DNA from: Eledone cirrhosa
Lineage: Eukaryota
Assembly: GCA_964016885.1 (NCBI GenBank)
Contig: OZ024743.1
Span: 38,874,001-38,938,000 of the forward strand
Length of the DNA stretch: 64,000 nucleotides
Direction of reading: 5' to 3'
Under the pieces are notes generated by a model. It saw nothing but the letters and a program-made list of their open reading frames with translations. It was not told where the DNA came from and ran no database searches. Shown here piece after piece: positions 42,692-56,380 of the stretch (its first letter is position 1; every line of letters starts with the position of its first letter). A program made the translations under genes and the position numbers.

Positions 42692-43894
42692 TTAAAATGT
42701 GGTTCGGGTTGGTGGTTGTAGATTGAATGGGGTGTTCCTGTACTGCGAGTATGGGTGTGTGTTTCTATGTGCCATGTTGTATTGTGGTGTTATAAGTGGC
42801 CTACGTTGTTGGTTGTGTCGTGTGGTGTGGGTTTGTTGTGTATTGTGGAAGTGAGAGTTGAGAAAATGGTAATTACCTTGCTGTCCCCTTGAGGCGGGGA
42901 AGTTGTTGCATCTATCATGGCGGTGGTATCTTTTCCCTATGTTTGACGATGAGGAATCCGCGTAGTAGTTGAGTGATTTGGTATGGTGTCTCCTTGAAGG
43001 GGGAAAGTTGTAAATGTCATTCTGGGGGAGATGATTTCTTGGGTTTTTGTTCCTTCTTATGGTAGCGAGGTTGGGAAGTTCATCTTCGGTGTGGTGCTTC
43101 CTTCTTCGTTTGTTTGAGGCTTGGGGGTTTGAGAAGTTGTTGTGCGGTTCAGTTATGGGTTTTCCTATTTTTATGAACGGGTTATTGGAGGTGTAATCCG
43201 TTTGAAAAGTCGATTCATAGTGTAGGAACCAAGCAGCACTTTTTTCCCAGCGTTGAAGGGATTTCAGTTCTTCTCTGTTGCAGTCCCCTTTCCATGATTT
43301 GGAGATCTTCTCTACCTTGGGGCCTTCAGTTTTGGTGTTGATTTCCAGGAGGATCTCTTCATCGATGGTTTTGATTTTTTCCTCATTTGTCTGGGCCCTC
43401 AGTTTAAGAAGTTCAATTTCTGTCTTCATTTTTTCCAATGCCATTCTTTCCCTAAGGTGTCTTTGAGGTTCGGGTTCATTTGGAATGGACTTTATTTGTA
43501 GTTTACGGGGGAGAGTTAGAGGGGTTGAGTTAAGCCATTTTTCATATATCTCTGCTTTGTTGTGATTTTGTATCATCTTCCAGAATGAGAACTTTCTGTC
43601 TCTGAGGGATTTGTTCCATTTTGGAATTGTTCGAATTTTCATTTTGTGTGAATCAATCTCACATGGTTCTTCGTTGGTTTTTCCTGGGTTGGTAGTAGTG
43701 AACATAGTTTGGATAGTATCGCAAAGGTTTTGGAGTTTGTCGCCGATTTCGGAGGGTTTGTATCCGGTGGCGGTTTCCTTATTTGTGGAGTCAAGTTTGT
43801 CGACCAGCAAAGATAGGTTGGTGTTGATTTTCTTGAGTTCCTGTAGGATCTCTTCATTTGAGTTGATGAGGGTTGTATCCGTTTTTGTTGGCAT
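42692..43894 (-). CDS. PLE ORF1: predicted coiled-coil protein with a basic/H/N-rich C-terminus
   Basis: ~400-codon ORF between the 5' pLTR and the RT frame. Likely ATG at 43894 (MPTKTD). Heptad-like EILQELKKINTNL and MALEKMKTEIELLKLR. Confidence 0.7.
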   Translation of the reverse strand: MPTKTDTTLINSNEEILQELKKINTNLSLLVDKLDSTNKETATGYKPSEIGDKLQNLCDTIQTMFTTTNPGKTNEEPCEIDSHKMKIRTIPKWNKSLRDRKFSFWKMIQNHNKAEIYEKWLNSTPLTLPRKLQIKSIPNEPEPQRHLRERMALEKMKTEIELLKLRAQTNEEKIKTIDEEILLEINTKTEGPKVEKISKSWKGDCNREELKSLQRWEKSAAWFLHYESTFQTDYTSNNPFIKIGKPITEPHNNFSNPQASNKRRRKHHTEDELPNLATIRRNKNPRNHLPQNDIYNFPPSRRHHTKSLNYYADSSSSNIGKRYHRHDRCNNFPASRGQQGNYHFLNSHFHNTQQTHTTRHNQQRRPLITPQYNMAHRNTHPYSQYRNTPFNLQPPTRTTF

Positions 43895-44989
43895 TTTCTG
43901 TATCTCGTGTGAGGATATGATAGTTAAAAGAATAGAGGTGTAACACACAAGTTATTATATATTGGTAAACGGAATAGAAAATGCTGACAAATTGTTCACA
44001 GTTGAAAAATGGTTTAATTAGGAATAAAAGAGTATTAGTGATTGTATGGGTTAGTATTCAGTTGTGGTTTTAAGTTTTTAAGTTTTTACCGGTTGCGCAT
44101 TTCTAAATGCTTTTCAAAAATAATTTTGAGATAGAGTGTCCGTGCTGTTTGCTCTGATCTGATTAGTTTTGGAAATTCTACCTGTTTTTATGTTAAAAAA
44201 ATGGCTCCAGCGTTATTTTTGTGTTGCAAAAATGCTTGTGGTCAAAACAATTTTGATTGGTCGGTAGAGGTCATGTGAATGTAAAAAGTTGATTTTGCGC
44301 CAAGACTGTTTTTATGTTAAAATGTTAGAAAAGTGGCTCCAGCAAAAATTATTGGTCAAAACAATTTTGATTGGTCGGTAGAGGTCATGTGGATAAAAAG
44401 ATAATGCCACCCACACCCAGCGCATCAGCAAGGAATCTTACTTCATTAACAAATACGGACCCCGTCTAAACACTTCTCCCTAAGACGAACCCACAACATA
44501 CACACGTCAACATACATACCTACATCAGCACACATCTCTACCCACATATAAACACAATGACACACGTAAACACACATGCTCTATGGTGCAATACAAAAAA
44601 ATATATGTGCATATATATGTATGTATATATGTATATATATATATATATATGTAGTGAAAATATATATGTGTGTGTGTGTGTGTATATATATATAGTGAAT
44701 ATCATTTCACACCTTTTATTGTTAAGATTGTTGATGTTCTATTAAGAGAACCGATTTTACTGAAAAAATCGAATAATGTACACCATTTTACCAGGGGGGA
44801 AAAACATACTGGTCCACCCACACACGCACACACACACACACACACATATATATACACAAACACATACACACGCGTACATCAACATACAAATAGACTTATA
44901 CACACACACACACACACACGCACTTCTCCGTATAAGACAAAAGCTGAAAAATATCTTTTGACCTTCGAATGACTCTGCTGTGTGTATGT

Positions 44990-45037
<48 letters not shown>

Positions 45038-45106
45038 ATCTTAATAGCCATTTGACACACATCGCTGGTGGCTATTGTCGCAGCATCGAACGCCTTACTA
45101 CTACTA

Positions 45107-45156
<50 letters not shown>

Positions 45157-45194
45157 ACACACACACATATTTGTTGTGAAAGAGTCATTTCTCA

Positions 45195-45430
45195 ATCTTG
45201 GCGCAAAACCAATTTTTTATCCACATGACCTCTACCGACCAATCAAAATTGTTGTGACCAATATTTTTTGCTGGAGCCACTTTTCTAACATTTCAACATA
45301 AAAACAGTCTTGGCGCAAAATCAACTTTTTACATTCACATGACCTCTACCGACCAATCAAAATTGTTTTGACCACAAGCATTTTTGCAACACAAAAATAA
45401 CGCTGGAGCCATTTTTTTAACATAAAAACA
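45195..45430 (+). repeat. ~115-bp tandem repeats inside the Neptune pLTR (also at 39400-39635 and 44185-44399)
   Basis: Repeated TCTTGGCGCAAAA...CACATGACCTCTACCGACCAATCAAAATTG...GCTGGAGCCA. Confidence 0.85.
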
Positions 45431-45492
45431 GGTAGAATTCCCAAAACTAATCAGATCAGAGCAAACAGCACGGACACTCTATCTCAAAATTA

Positions 45493-45530
45493 TTTTTGAA
45501 AAGCATTTAGAAATGCGCAACCGGTAAAAA
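45493..45530 (+). ncRNA. Variant hammerhead-like motif (U3/A8, C13) in the pLTR; also 39302-39335(-), 44087-44120(-), 32988-33018(-), 33115-33150(+)
   Basis: UUGAAAA-GCAUUUagAAAUGC-GCAA-CCGG-UA. Hammerhead layout with a palindromic stem III, but stem I is weak. Confidence 0.5.
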
Positions 45531-45686
45531 CTTAAAAACTTAAAACCACAACTGAATACTAACCCATACAATCACTAATACTCTTTTATTCCTAATTAAA
45601 CCATTTTTCAACTGTGAACAATTTGTCAGCATTTTCTATTCCGTTTACCAATATATAATAACTTGTGTGTTACACCTCTATTCTTT

Positions 45687-45739
<53 letters not shown>

Positions 45740-45752
45740 GTGTGTGTGTGTG

Positions 45753-45790
<38 letters not shown>

Positions 45791-45928
45791 ACGTGAATGT
45801 GTAAGGATGTATTGTATATTTATTTTTTTTATTTTTTATATATTTATTTTACTGTATACTGTATATTTATTTTATTGTATAATGTATATTTATTTTATTG
45901 TTTTTATATGTGTGTATATGGGTAAGCG

Positions 45929-46028
<100 letters not shown>

Positions 46029-46046
46029 GGTATATATATATATATG

Positions 46047-46120
<74 letters not shown>

Positions 46121-46172
46121 GGCATGTGTGTATGTACATATATATGTGAGTGTATGTGTGTTTGTCTATAGG

Positions 46173-46203
<31 letters not shown>

Positions 46204-46739
46204 ATGTGTATATGTATGTGTGTTTGTGTGTATGTGTATATATATATATATATATATATACATATATACATACTACTGTACGTCTGTATACATATATGTA
46301 TGTACTTATACATACATACATACTTACATTTAAGTAAGTGCCGTATTATGAGTGAGAAATGAAATTTCGTTTCATTCTATTCCATTTATATATATATGTA
46401 TTTATATATATATGTATTTATATATATATAATTTTATTTTTTATTTTTTATTTTTCTATTTACTTATTTATTTATTTTTTGATATGTCTGTATGTACGCT
46501 TGCATGTATGTGTATGGATATATGTATTTGGTTACATTGTTTATACTCGTGCGTGTATAGCAGGATCCGTCCTTTCATGGATGACCCTGTATGAGCTTTA
46601 GTGCAGATTTATATGACTGTGAGCATATCACATCTGAGTACAGACAGAGATATGTGTGTGCGTGTGTGTGTGTGTACGTGTACCTAGAACCGGCTAAGGA
46701 ATTATTGGTGAGTACGTTTATGTGTGTGTACATATACAC

Positions 46740-49380
<2,641 letters not shown>

Positions 49381-49909
49381 TGTATGTGCGCGTGTATGTG
49401 TATGTGTATGTATATATGTGTGTGTGTATGTGTGTGTATATGTGTGTGTGTTAATGACTTGTGAAATACCAAACCCAGCATGAATTCATTGAAGTGTGTC
49501 GGATGGAGAGTAGCTGATGGGCAGTATGTCAGCAAATATTGGTCAGAATTTATGATGACGTAGAAAAACAACAGCCACACAGCGGGACAAGCGAGGATGA
49601 GGTTTTTTGTAGCTAAAACCCCAGTGAGAAAATTTATTCCGAAATGATTGCAAGTGTCCGACGAACCTGCATTTCTAGAATCAGACAGATCTATACATTG
49701 CTCGTGTCTCGAGTTGTCTGCCGGCGAAACAATTGTAACACACAGTAAAATGAGTCCAGATGCATCACTGATTTTTCGTTTTATATTATATCACACTCTG
49801 CTCCGTAAGAACATAGAGTGTTAAACTGGCACACTGCCTATGGAAGCATATAGCTACTATTAAACACGCATATTATATATATATATTTATATATATATAC
49901 ATATATATA

Positions 49910-52233
49910 TGTAAGAGTTGAGTTCTATTGTAGCACAAGAAAGCAATGCAAATATCGGATAAGTAGCACTCTACAGTTGTAGGACTGGAGTATTAATAAT
50001 ATAAGATCAAAAGATGATTAAAAGAGTTCCAAGTATTTTATTATGCGCATTTCAAAAACAAATATCATCATGGGATGATATCTGCGTTCTCATCAGATAA
50101 AATAGGGATACATGATATGAAGCTTAACAAACACTTGTGAATAGTGAAGCCTTAAATCAACATATGAAAAATAATTCAAGATTGATGTATGAGATTGAGA
50201 AAAAGTGAGGGGGGTTGAAAAGGTAAGGAAGAGGAGGAGATGAGAGTAAAGAATGGTGAGGAGGAGTATAAGAAGGAAGGATGACAGAGGAGAAGAGATG
50301 GGTGATATAGAGAGAGAGATAGCCTTTATAACTGAGAAAAAAATATATATTGTTAAAAACCTGTTGGAAGTTAAAAATCCGTTGGAAGAAAAATATATAG
50401 TTTCAAAGAATTTGAAATTAAAAGTTAATGAGGTTCATGCATGAAGAGAAAAAGGAATTAAGAATAATATTAAATTAAGGTTTGTATATTGAAGGGTTTA
50501 ATAATATGTGCGAGGAAAATAAATTATTAGTATGTATTATTAAAATAAAAAATATTAATGTTATTAAGGATATAATGTGAAAAGAAGGAGAAGAATGAAT
50601 GAATTATGAATTTAGAGGAATTAGTTAGGATTTAAATTTGTTTTTATGTAATGTAATATGTGTACGTAATATGTGTACGTAAATAGTTTGTTTAAAAAAA
50701 TGAGCAAAGAAAGCAAGGAAGAAAAGACTGTTTAAGGAAGAAAATATCTAACAAAAAAATATATATGTTTACGAAATATTTTCTAATGGTAATAATATAA
50801 TGTATAAAAAGAAATTAGCTAGGGTTTAAGTTTGTTTTTAGTATTGTAATATGTAAAAGTCAAACGAGCATGAAAGGATGAGATAAGAGAAATTTAAGGA
50901 AGAAAAATCTAACGTAAAAGAAAATGTTTATGTTTACGAAAGACTATTAAAGGTAATAATATAATGTATTAAAAAAAAAAAAAATGTTATGGCCAATGAT
51001 ATGAGGAAAGATGGAAGAATGGATAATGTTGTGGTAAGTAATAATAAGAATTAAGAAGTAGTTAGGAAGAAAAAGTACAGATTAGAGGTTAGAAATTAAA
51101 AAGAAAAGAAGAAAGGAAAGTGATAAAGAGGAATGATATAGAATGAGTAACTTGTATTATATAATATATAATAAATACTATTGAAATAAGGTAGAAAGAT
51201 GGGTATATTTTTGAAAGATATATAAGCCTTTGAGAAAAGGATTTTAAAAGGCATTAGATATTAGCTGTATACTTTATGGAATGTTCTGAGAAAATAAATC
51301 CGTGCGTCTATTTATTATAGAATTGAAATTAGATATAATTGTAAATTTTTCAGCTATGCAAAGATTACATGTTCTGGATAGGGAGGCATTCAAGTAGGGA
51401 GAGGCAGAACAAACTTCTAAAATATTAACTATAACATCTCCAAGAGATGTTATAGTTAATATTTTTCTCTTTCAAGGACCATATGAGTTCTGAGAGTGCC
51501 GTGTTGGTTCTTTTAAGTTGAAATTTAAAACACGAATTGTGATTATAAAATCTAGCTTTGAAAGAGGTGAAACTGGAACCGAAATAAGTAAAGGAATTGG
51601 TATCTGTTATAACCTTACAATCATGACTAAGTTTTTATCAAGACAATGGTTATTAAGAGGATATTTAGTTCTAACAAGGCAATTACAATTACGATTAGAG
51701 AAAATAACAGAGTTATTAACAAGTGACCTAGTGTTATTTATAGGAGGAATTGGATTGGAGAAGTTATTTACGAGAGGAATAATAGTTTCCTGATTTAGAT
51801 TGGTATTATGAACATTCAAAGAAATTATGTTTGACGTCGTATTTGAGTTTATAGAATCTAGCCTAGAGTTGAGACAATATATATTTTTTCTCAGTTGTAA
51901 AGGCTATCTCTTTCTCTATCACCCATCTCTCCTCCTCTCTCATCCTTCCTTCTTATACTCCTAGCCCACCATGCTTTACTCTCATCTCCTCCTCTTCCTT
52001 CCCTTTTCCGACCTCCCCTCACTTTTCCCAATATCATACATCAATCTTAAATTATTTTTCATATGTTGATTTACAACTTCACTATTCACAAGTGTTTTTT
52101 CAGCTTCATATCATGTATCCCTATTTTATTTGATGAGAACGCAGATATCATCCCATGGAGATATTTGACTTGAAATGCGCATAATAAAATACTTGGAACT
52201 CTTTTAACCATCTTTTGATATTATATTATTAAT
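49910..52233 (-). mobile_element. 5'-truncated decayed Nematis-like PLE with inverted pLTR
   Basis: Minus-strand NRNCNCLVRTKYPLNNHCL...SFTSFKARFYNH (51500-51820). Inverted arms 49991-50352 and 51876-52233, each with an HHR. Confidence 0.8.
50034..50104 (-). ncRNA. Type I hammerhead ribozyme (inverted copy at 52122-52191 +, with C3U)
   Basis: UAUUUUAU-CUGAUGA-GAACGCAGAUAUCAUCccauGAUGAUAUUUGUUUUU-GAAA-UGCGCA-UA^AUAAAAUA. 8-bp stem I, palindromic stem III. Confidence 0.9.
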
Positions 52234-52237
52234 ATGA

Positions 52238-52340
<103 letters not shown>

Positions 52341-52571
52341 ATATATATATATATATATATAGGAAAACGTTTGACCACGACGGTAGAGCTCAAGCCGTTT
52401 CTACAGCTATTTCTGGACAGAAATAGCCGTCGAGACGGCTTGAGCTCTGCCGTCTGAGTCATACTTGTTCCTATTACCCACTCTACTGCCCTAAGTATTG
52501 AGTACTCTGGTACGTCATGGTCTAACTCATTCCTTACCACAATTCTTTCGTTATATATATATATATATTTA

Positions 52572-53288
52572 TTAAAGGTATATACTGAGTTAGGAACTCC
52601 AAATAGTCTCTTACAACAAAATAGATCTTAGAATGAGATATATCCGAGCCGTATATTATAATTGAATATGAAAGAAAAACGAACACAGATATATACATAT
52701 ATGCGTTCAAATGGTAAGGGTCCAGATTCGCTAAGGTGAAAAGAATACTAACTATAGACAATTGGGTTTGCTTGTCTCAATCTAAGAAAAAATCAAGAAA
52801 ATAAATCCAAACCGGAATCGTGGTAACTACCAATCACCCATACAACTTGGTGTTGTTTCGCAAAATTAATTGTGAATAGAACTAGCAATTTATGCTCATC
52901 AATGGGTGATAAATTAGTATCCTAGACAGTTCTATGCTTTCTTTTATATACGGCTCGGAAATATTTCTTTCTTAGAGCTATTTTGTTGTAAGAGACAATT
53001 TTGAGTTCCTAACTCAATATATACCTTTGATATATTCGGCTCCGTTAATTTGTTTAGCTATTTTAAATGTCGAATAATCCTGGCTGCTATTTTTAGTGGT
53101 GTAAGTTTGTGAGACACCCTGAGATGCCATGTGCGCTGATATTATATATAACACACTGTTCAGTTTCTTAATATACTTAGATTGTCTATAGTTAGTGTTC
53201 TTTTCACATTAGCGAATCTGGTCCCTTACGATTTGAACGCATATATGTATATATATATATGTGTTCGTTTTTCTTTTATATTCAATTA

Positions 53289-53292
<4 letters not shown>
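52572..53292. mobile_element. Rearranged non-coding pLTR remnant with two inverted segments
   Basis: 52575-52655 is inverted to 52946-53030, and 52660-52762 is inverted to 53180-53292. HHR at 52833-52910. Confidence 0.65.
52833..52910 (-). ncRNA. Type I hammerhead ribozyme with full stem III (C3U)
   Basis: AUCACCCA-UUGAUGA-GCA...UGC-GAA-ACAAC accaa GUUGU-A^UGGGUGAU. Confidence 0.8.
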
Positions 53293-53370
<78 letters not shown>

Positions 53371-53403
53371 CACACACACGCATATATATAAATATATATA
53401 TGT

Positions 53404-53498
<95 letters not shown>

Positions 53499-53964
53499 CA
53501 GTGTGTCTCAAAACCAAATCGGGTGAAGAAATAGAAGGGTGAGTTTGGGTATAAACGAGGAAGTAAATATATAAGAAAAAAAGATGTTACGTGAGAAAAT
53601 AATATTAGACCTTATAATTGGAATGTAATATCCAATATCATGTGGTCCTAATGGGTTGTTTGGATCATGGTGGGGGTACCTCTCTATGTCATTGTATGAT
53701 CCGTGTTTGAGCTAGAACTCATTGACATGTGTGAGTGCTCGTGACGAGTGGGCTAACCAGCAAGTAGGTAAGGGTAATTTGCCGGATCTGGCACAAGTAG
53801 AGTTTTGTCTGTTCACCGTTTCGCCGTTTGCTAATTTATTCGCCGTGCATTTCGTCTTTCGTCTTTTTTCATTTAATTGTTCTTTCGTTTAAATAAATGT
53901 TTCGGTGACCGGGTCAGATTAAGCATTATGTCTAGTTCCTAATGGACGACAACATCATCACTGG

Positions 53965-53989
53965 CTTCTTCTTCTTCTTCTTCTTCTTC

Positions 53990-54033
<44 letters not shown>
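53965..54033 (+). repeat. (CTT)n-(ATT)n tract at the Tx1 5' junction
   Basis: Direct inspection. Confidence 0.95.
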
Positions 54034-54248
54034 GAATGCCATGGTTGACGGAGGCTCGGCTCTGTAAGGTATAGTAATTTTTAACCGTTAAAACAATTGT
54101 AAATTGTTTAAAACTTGAACCAAATTGTTGATAAAGACACCCTCCTCCTCGTGAGAGGGGTCTTTCTGTCCGTTATTTGGCCCTTCGGGGTTAAATAACC
54201 AGTTATTGGGGTTTTGTACCCAAAATTTCATTTTAAACAAAAAACAAC

Positions 54249-56345
54249 ATGGCTACGAAAAAGAAATTTCATAGGTCACTCCCACTCATTCCGTCTTCTT
54301 CTTCCTCAATCATCACTACAGCATAGAGAAGATTGTCTCTCTCCCTCCCTTCTTTAAATGTGTCTCTCTCCCTACCTTCTCTTTCGCAAGCGACGAAAGA
54401 AAAGAAAAGTCTCGTGCAAAGCGTGCAAGGTTTCTCCACGACGACGACGACAGCGACGAAACAGGTGTGCGGGAAATACGAAAACCCAGTTCATTCGTCT
54501 GACGTCAGGAATAATAGCAGTAGCAGCCGTAATAACAACAGCAACAGTGACAATGAAAACAACAGTAGCAGCCGCAACAGCATCACCAGCAGCATAAACA
54601 ACAACAGCATTAGCAGCAGCAACACCAACAACAACCACAGCAACAGCGGCGGAGGCAGTAGTCGTAGTACCTGCAGCAACAACAAAAGTACCAGCAGCTC
54701 TGACGACAACAACAACAGCAGAGAAAAACCAATCTCATTTGCAGGTATTGCGAAAAACCTGGAAACAATCCTCATAACAAATGAGGAATTAGAGGAAGCG
54801 AAGAAGATGGTGACAAAGAACGGACACCGAGCAATCTGCAAGGCAGCGAAAAATTTTTTCGAAACCCAAGAGCACTGTACGGTCACGTACCGTACAGTAA
54901 GTACAAAATCCCGTAGGGTGGAAAGAGCCACAGAGGCCCAAATACAAAAAGCCTTGGGGTCTGTGTGGCAGAGGAAAACGCACATCACCCGAGGCAAAAA
55001 ATACGCCACCGTAGACGTACTTTTTGCCACACCCCAGGAGGCAAAGGCCCAATCAGTAGTGACCCTAAGGAGCGAGGAAATGGTGTTGGTGCCCTCCTAC
55101 TGCGGGCAAAAAATTGTGAGGGTCAAACTGACCCACGTCCCCCCCGGAATGACCCCTTCTTGGCTGGCCGCGTCTGTCCTCGTCGGAATCGAGGACAAAA
55201 CAACTGTACTGCAAGTACAGAAAAAAGTAAGAGAAGATTGGGTCGGCTCCTCCATTGAGATGCTAATCCAAACCAACCAGGAGTGCATCGAAGCTATCCC
55301 GGATGTGATAGACTTCGATAACGGCACTCAACTGCCCATAAGTGTTGAGGGCAAACGCCCGAAATGCTTTCGCTGTGGATCGAAGACTCACCTCAGGGCC
55401 TTCTGCAACGAGAAGACCCTGAGAAAGGAGAAAACCCCCCTCCTCCCGAATCCGGTTCCACGGCTACCAGCAACAGGACAAGCGGCAACCAGGAACGATA
55501 GGTCCGTGGCACCCATACCCACTCCACGGAAATCAAAGACAGCAGCAGCAGTGGAAATATTAACAACAACAACAGCAATACCAAATGCAGCTGCAACAGA
55601 GACTCCAGTGCAAACATCACCAACAACAACAAGTGAAAGAGTGGAGCTGGTACCCCTCCCCGACCTTACAGAATCAGACATGGAGTGTGAGGTGGGAGAG
55701 GGATGGCAAAAGGTCTCAAGAAGGCACAAACGCAGAAGCAGCGCATCGTCGCCTTTGAAAAGGGAGGAAAGAAATGAGAAAAGGGTAAAGTCTACTGCAA
55801 AGAGACCCACAGCAGCAACACCACCAACACCATCACCACCCACACCAGCACCACCATCACCACCGGCGACAACCCCACCGCCAACAACACCTTCAACACC
55901 ACCACCACAAGCACCAACATCGCAAACACAACAACAAAACACACACACCCAGCAACAACGACAAGAAAATAGCAGAAACACACCCCACCCCCAGAAAAAC
56001 AAATGCACGGCAATAAACACACACAACAAGAAACTAATGACTTACATAATTGAACACACAGACATTTCACAACAGGACTACATAATACCAGCACCAATCA
56101 AAACGCCAACTAACATAAGACTGCTAAAAATAGCACAGAAACAATACACAAACATTAAAACGAAATTCCCCAACGCAGTTGGTGATTTCAGGGACCTAGG
56201 AGGAACCATTAATCGAAGAGTATATTCAGACATTCTCTTAGAAGAGCCGACGACCAGCCGAAGGGACGATTCAACGGTCCCTTCACCAGACGATCAAGTG
56301 AAAAGGGATGTAAAAACCATCCCTCCTCTACCAAAAATACGGTAA
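54249..56345 (+). pseudogene. Tx1 ORF1, copy 1 (nonsense at codon 26)
   Basis: ATG at 54249 matches copy 2. TAG at 54324 where copy 2 has GAG. Zinc knuckle CFRCGSKTHLRAFC. Confidence 0.85.
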
Positions 56346-56380
56346 GTGGTCTTTCCCATCTTTTCCACTCTATTTTAAAC

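Noticed and set aside
42616-42876. Intron from AAG|GTAATT (42876) to TTTTTTAG (42616) joining PLE ORF1 to RT
   Set aside because: The donor is phase 1, so splicing would stay in the ORF1 frame rather than enter the RT frame.
45195-45430. CRISPR-like repeats
   Set aside because: Contiguous tandem repeats without unique spacers, in a eukaryotic pLTR context.
52400-52460. CAGAAAT-AGCCG/CGGCT-TGAG-...GTC hairpin as a hammerhead
   Set aside because: The layout is reminiscent, but the core differs at too many positions.
54130-54215. HDV-like ribozyme around UCCUCGU
   Set aside because: No P1.1 GG before the putative P4 and no P1. Simple hairpins explain the sequence better. Retained only as a structured UTR.
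54491-56029. Antisense ORFs over Tx1 ORF1 (and 34447-35061 over the PLE ORF)
   Set aside because: Shadow frames of low-complexity or biased coding sequence.
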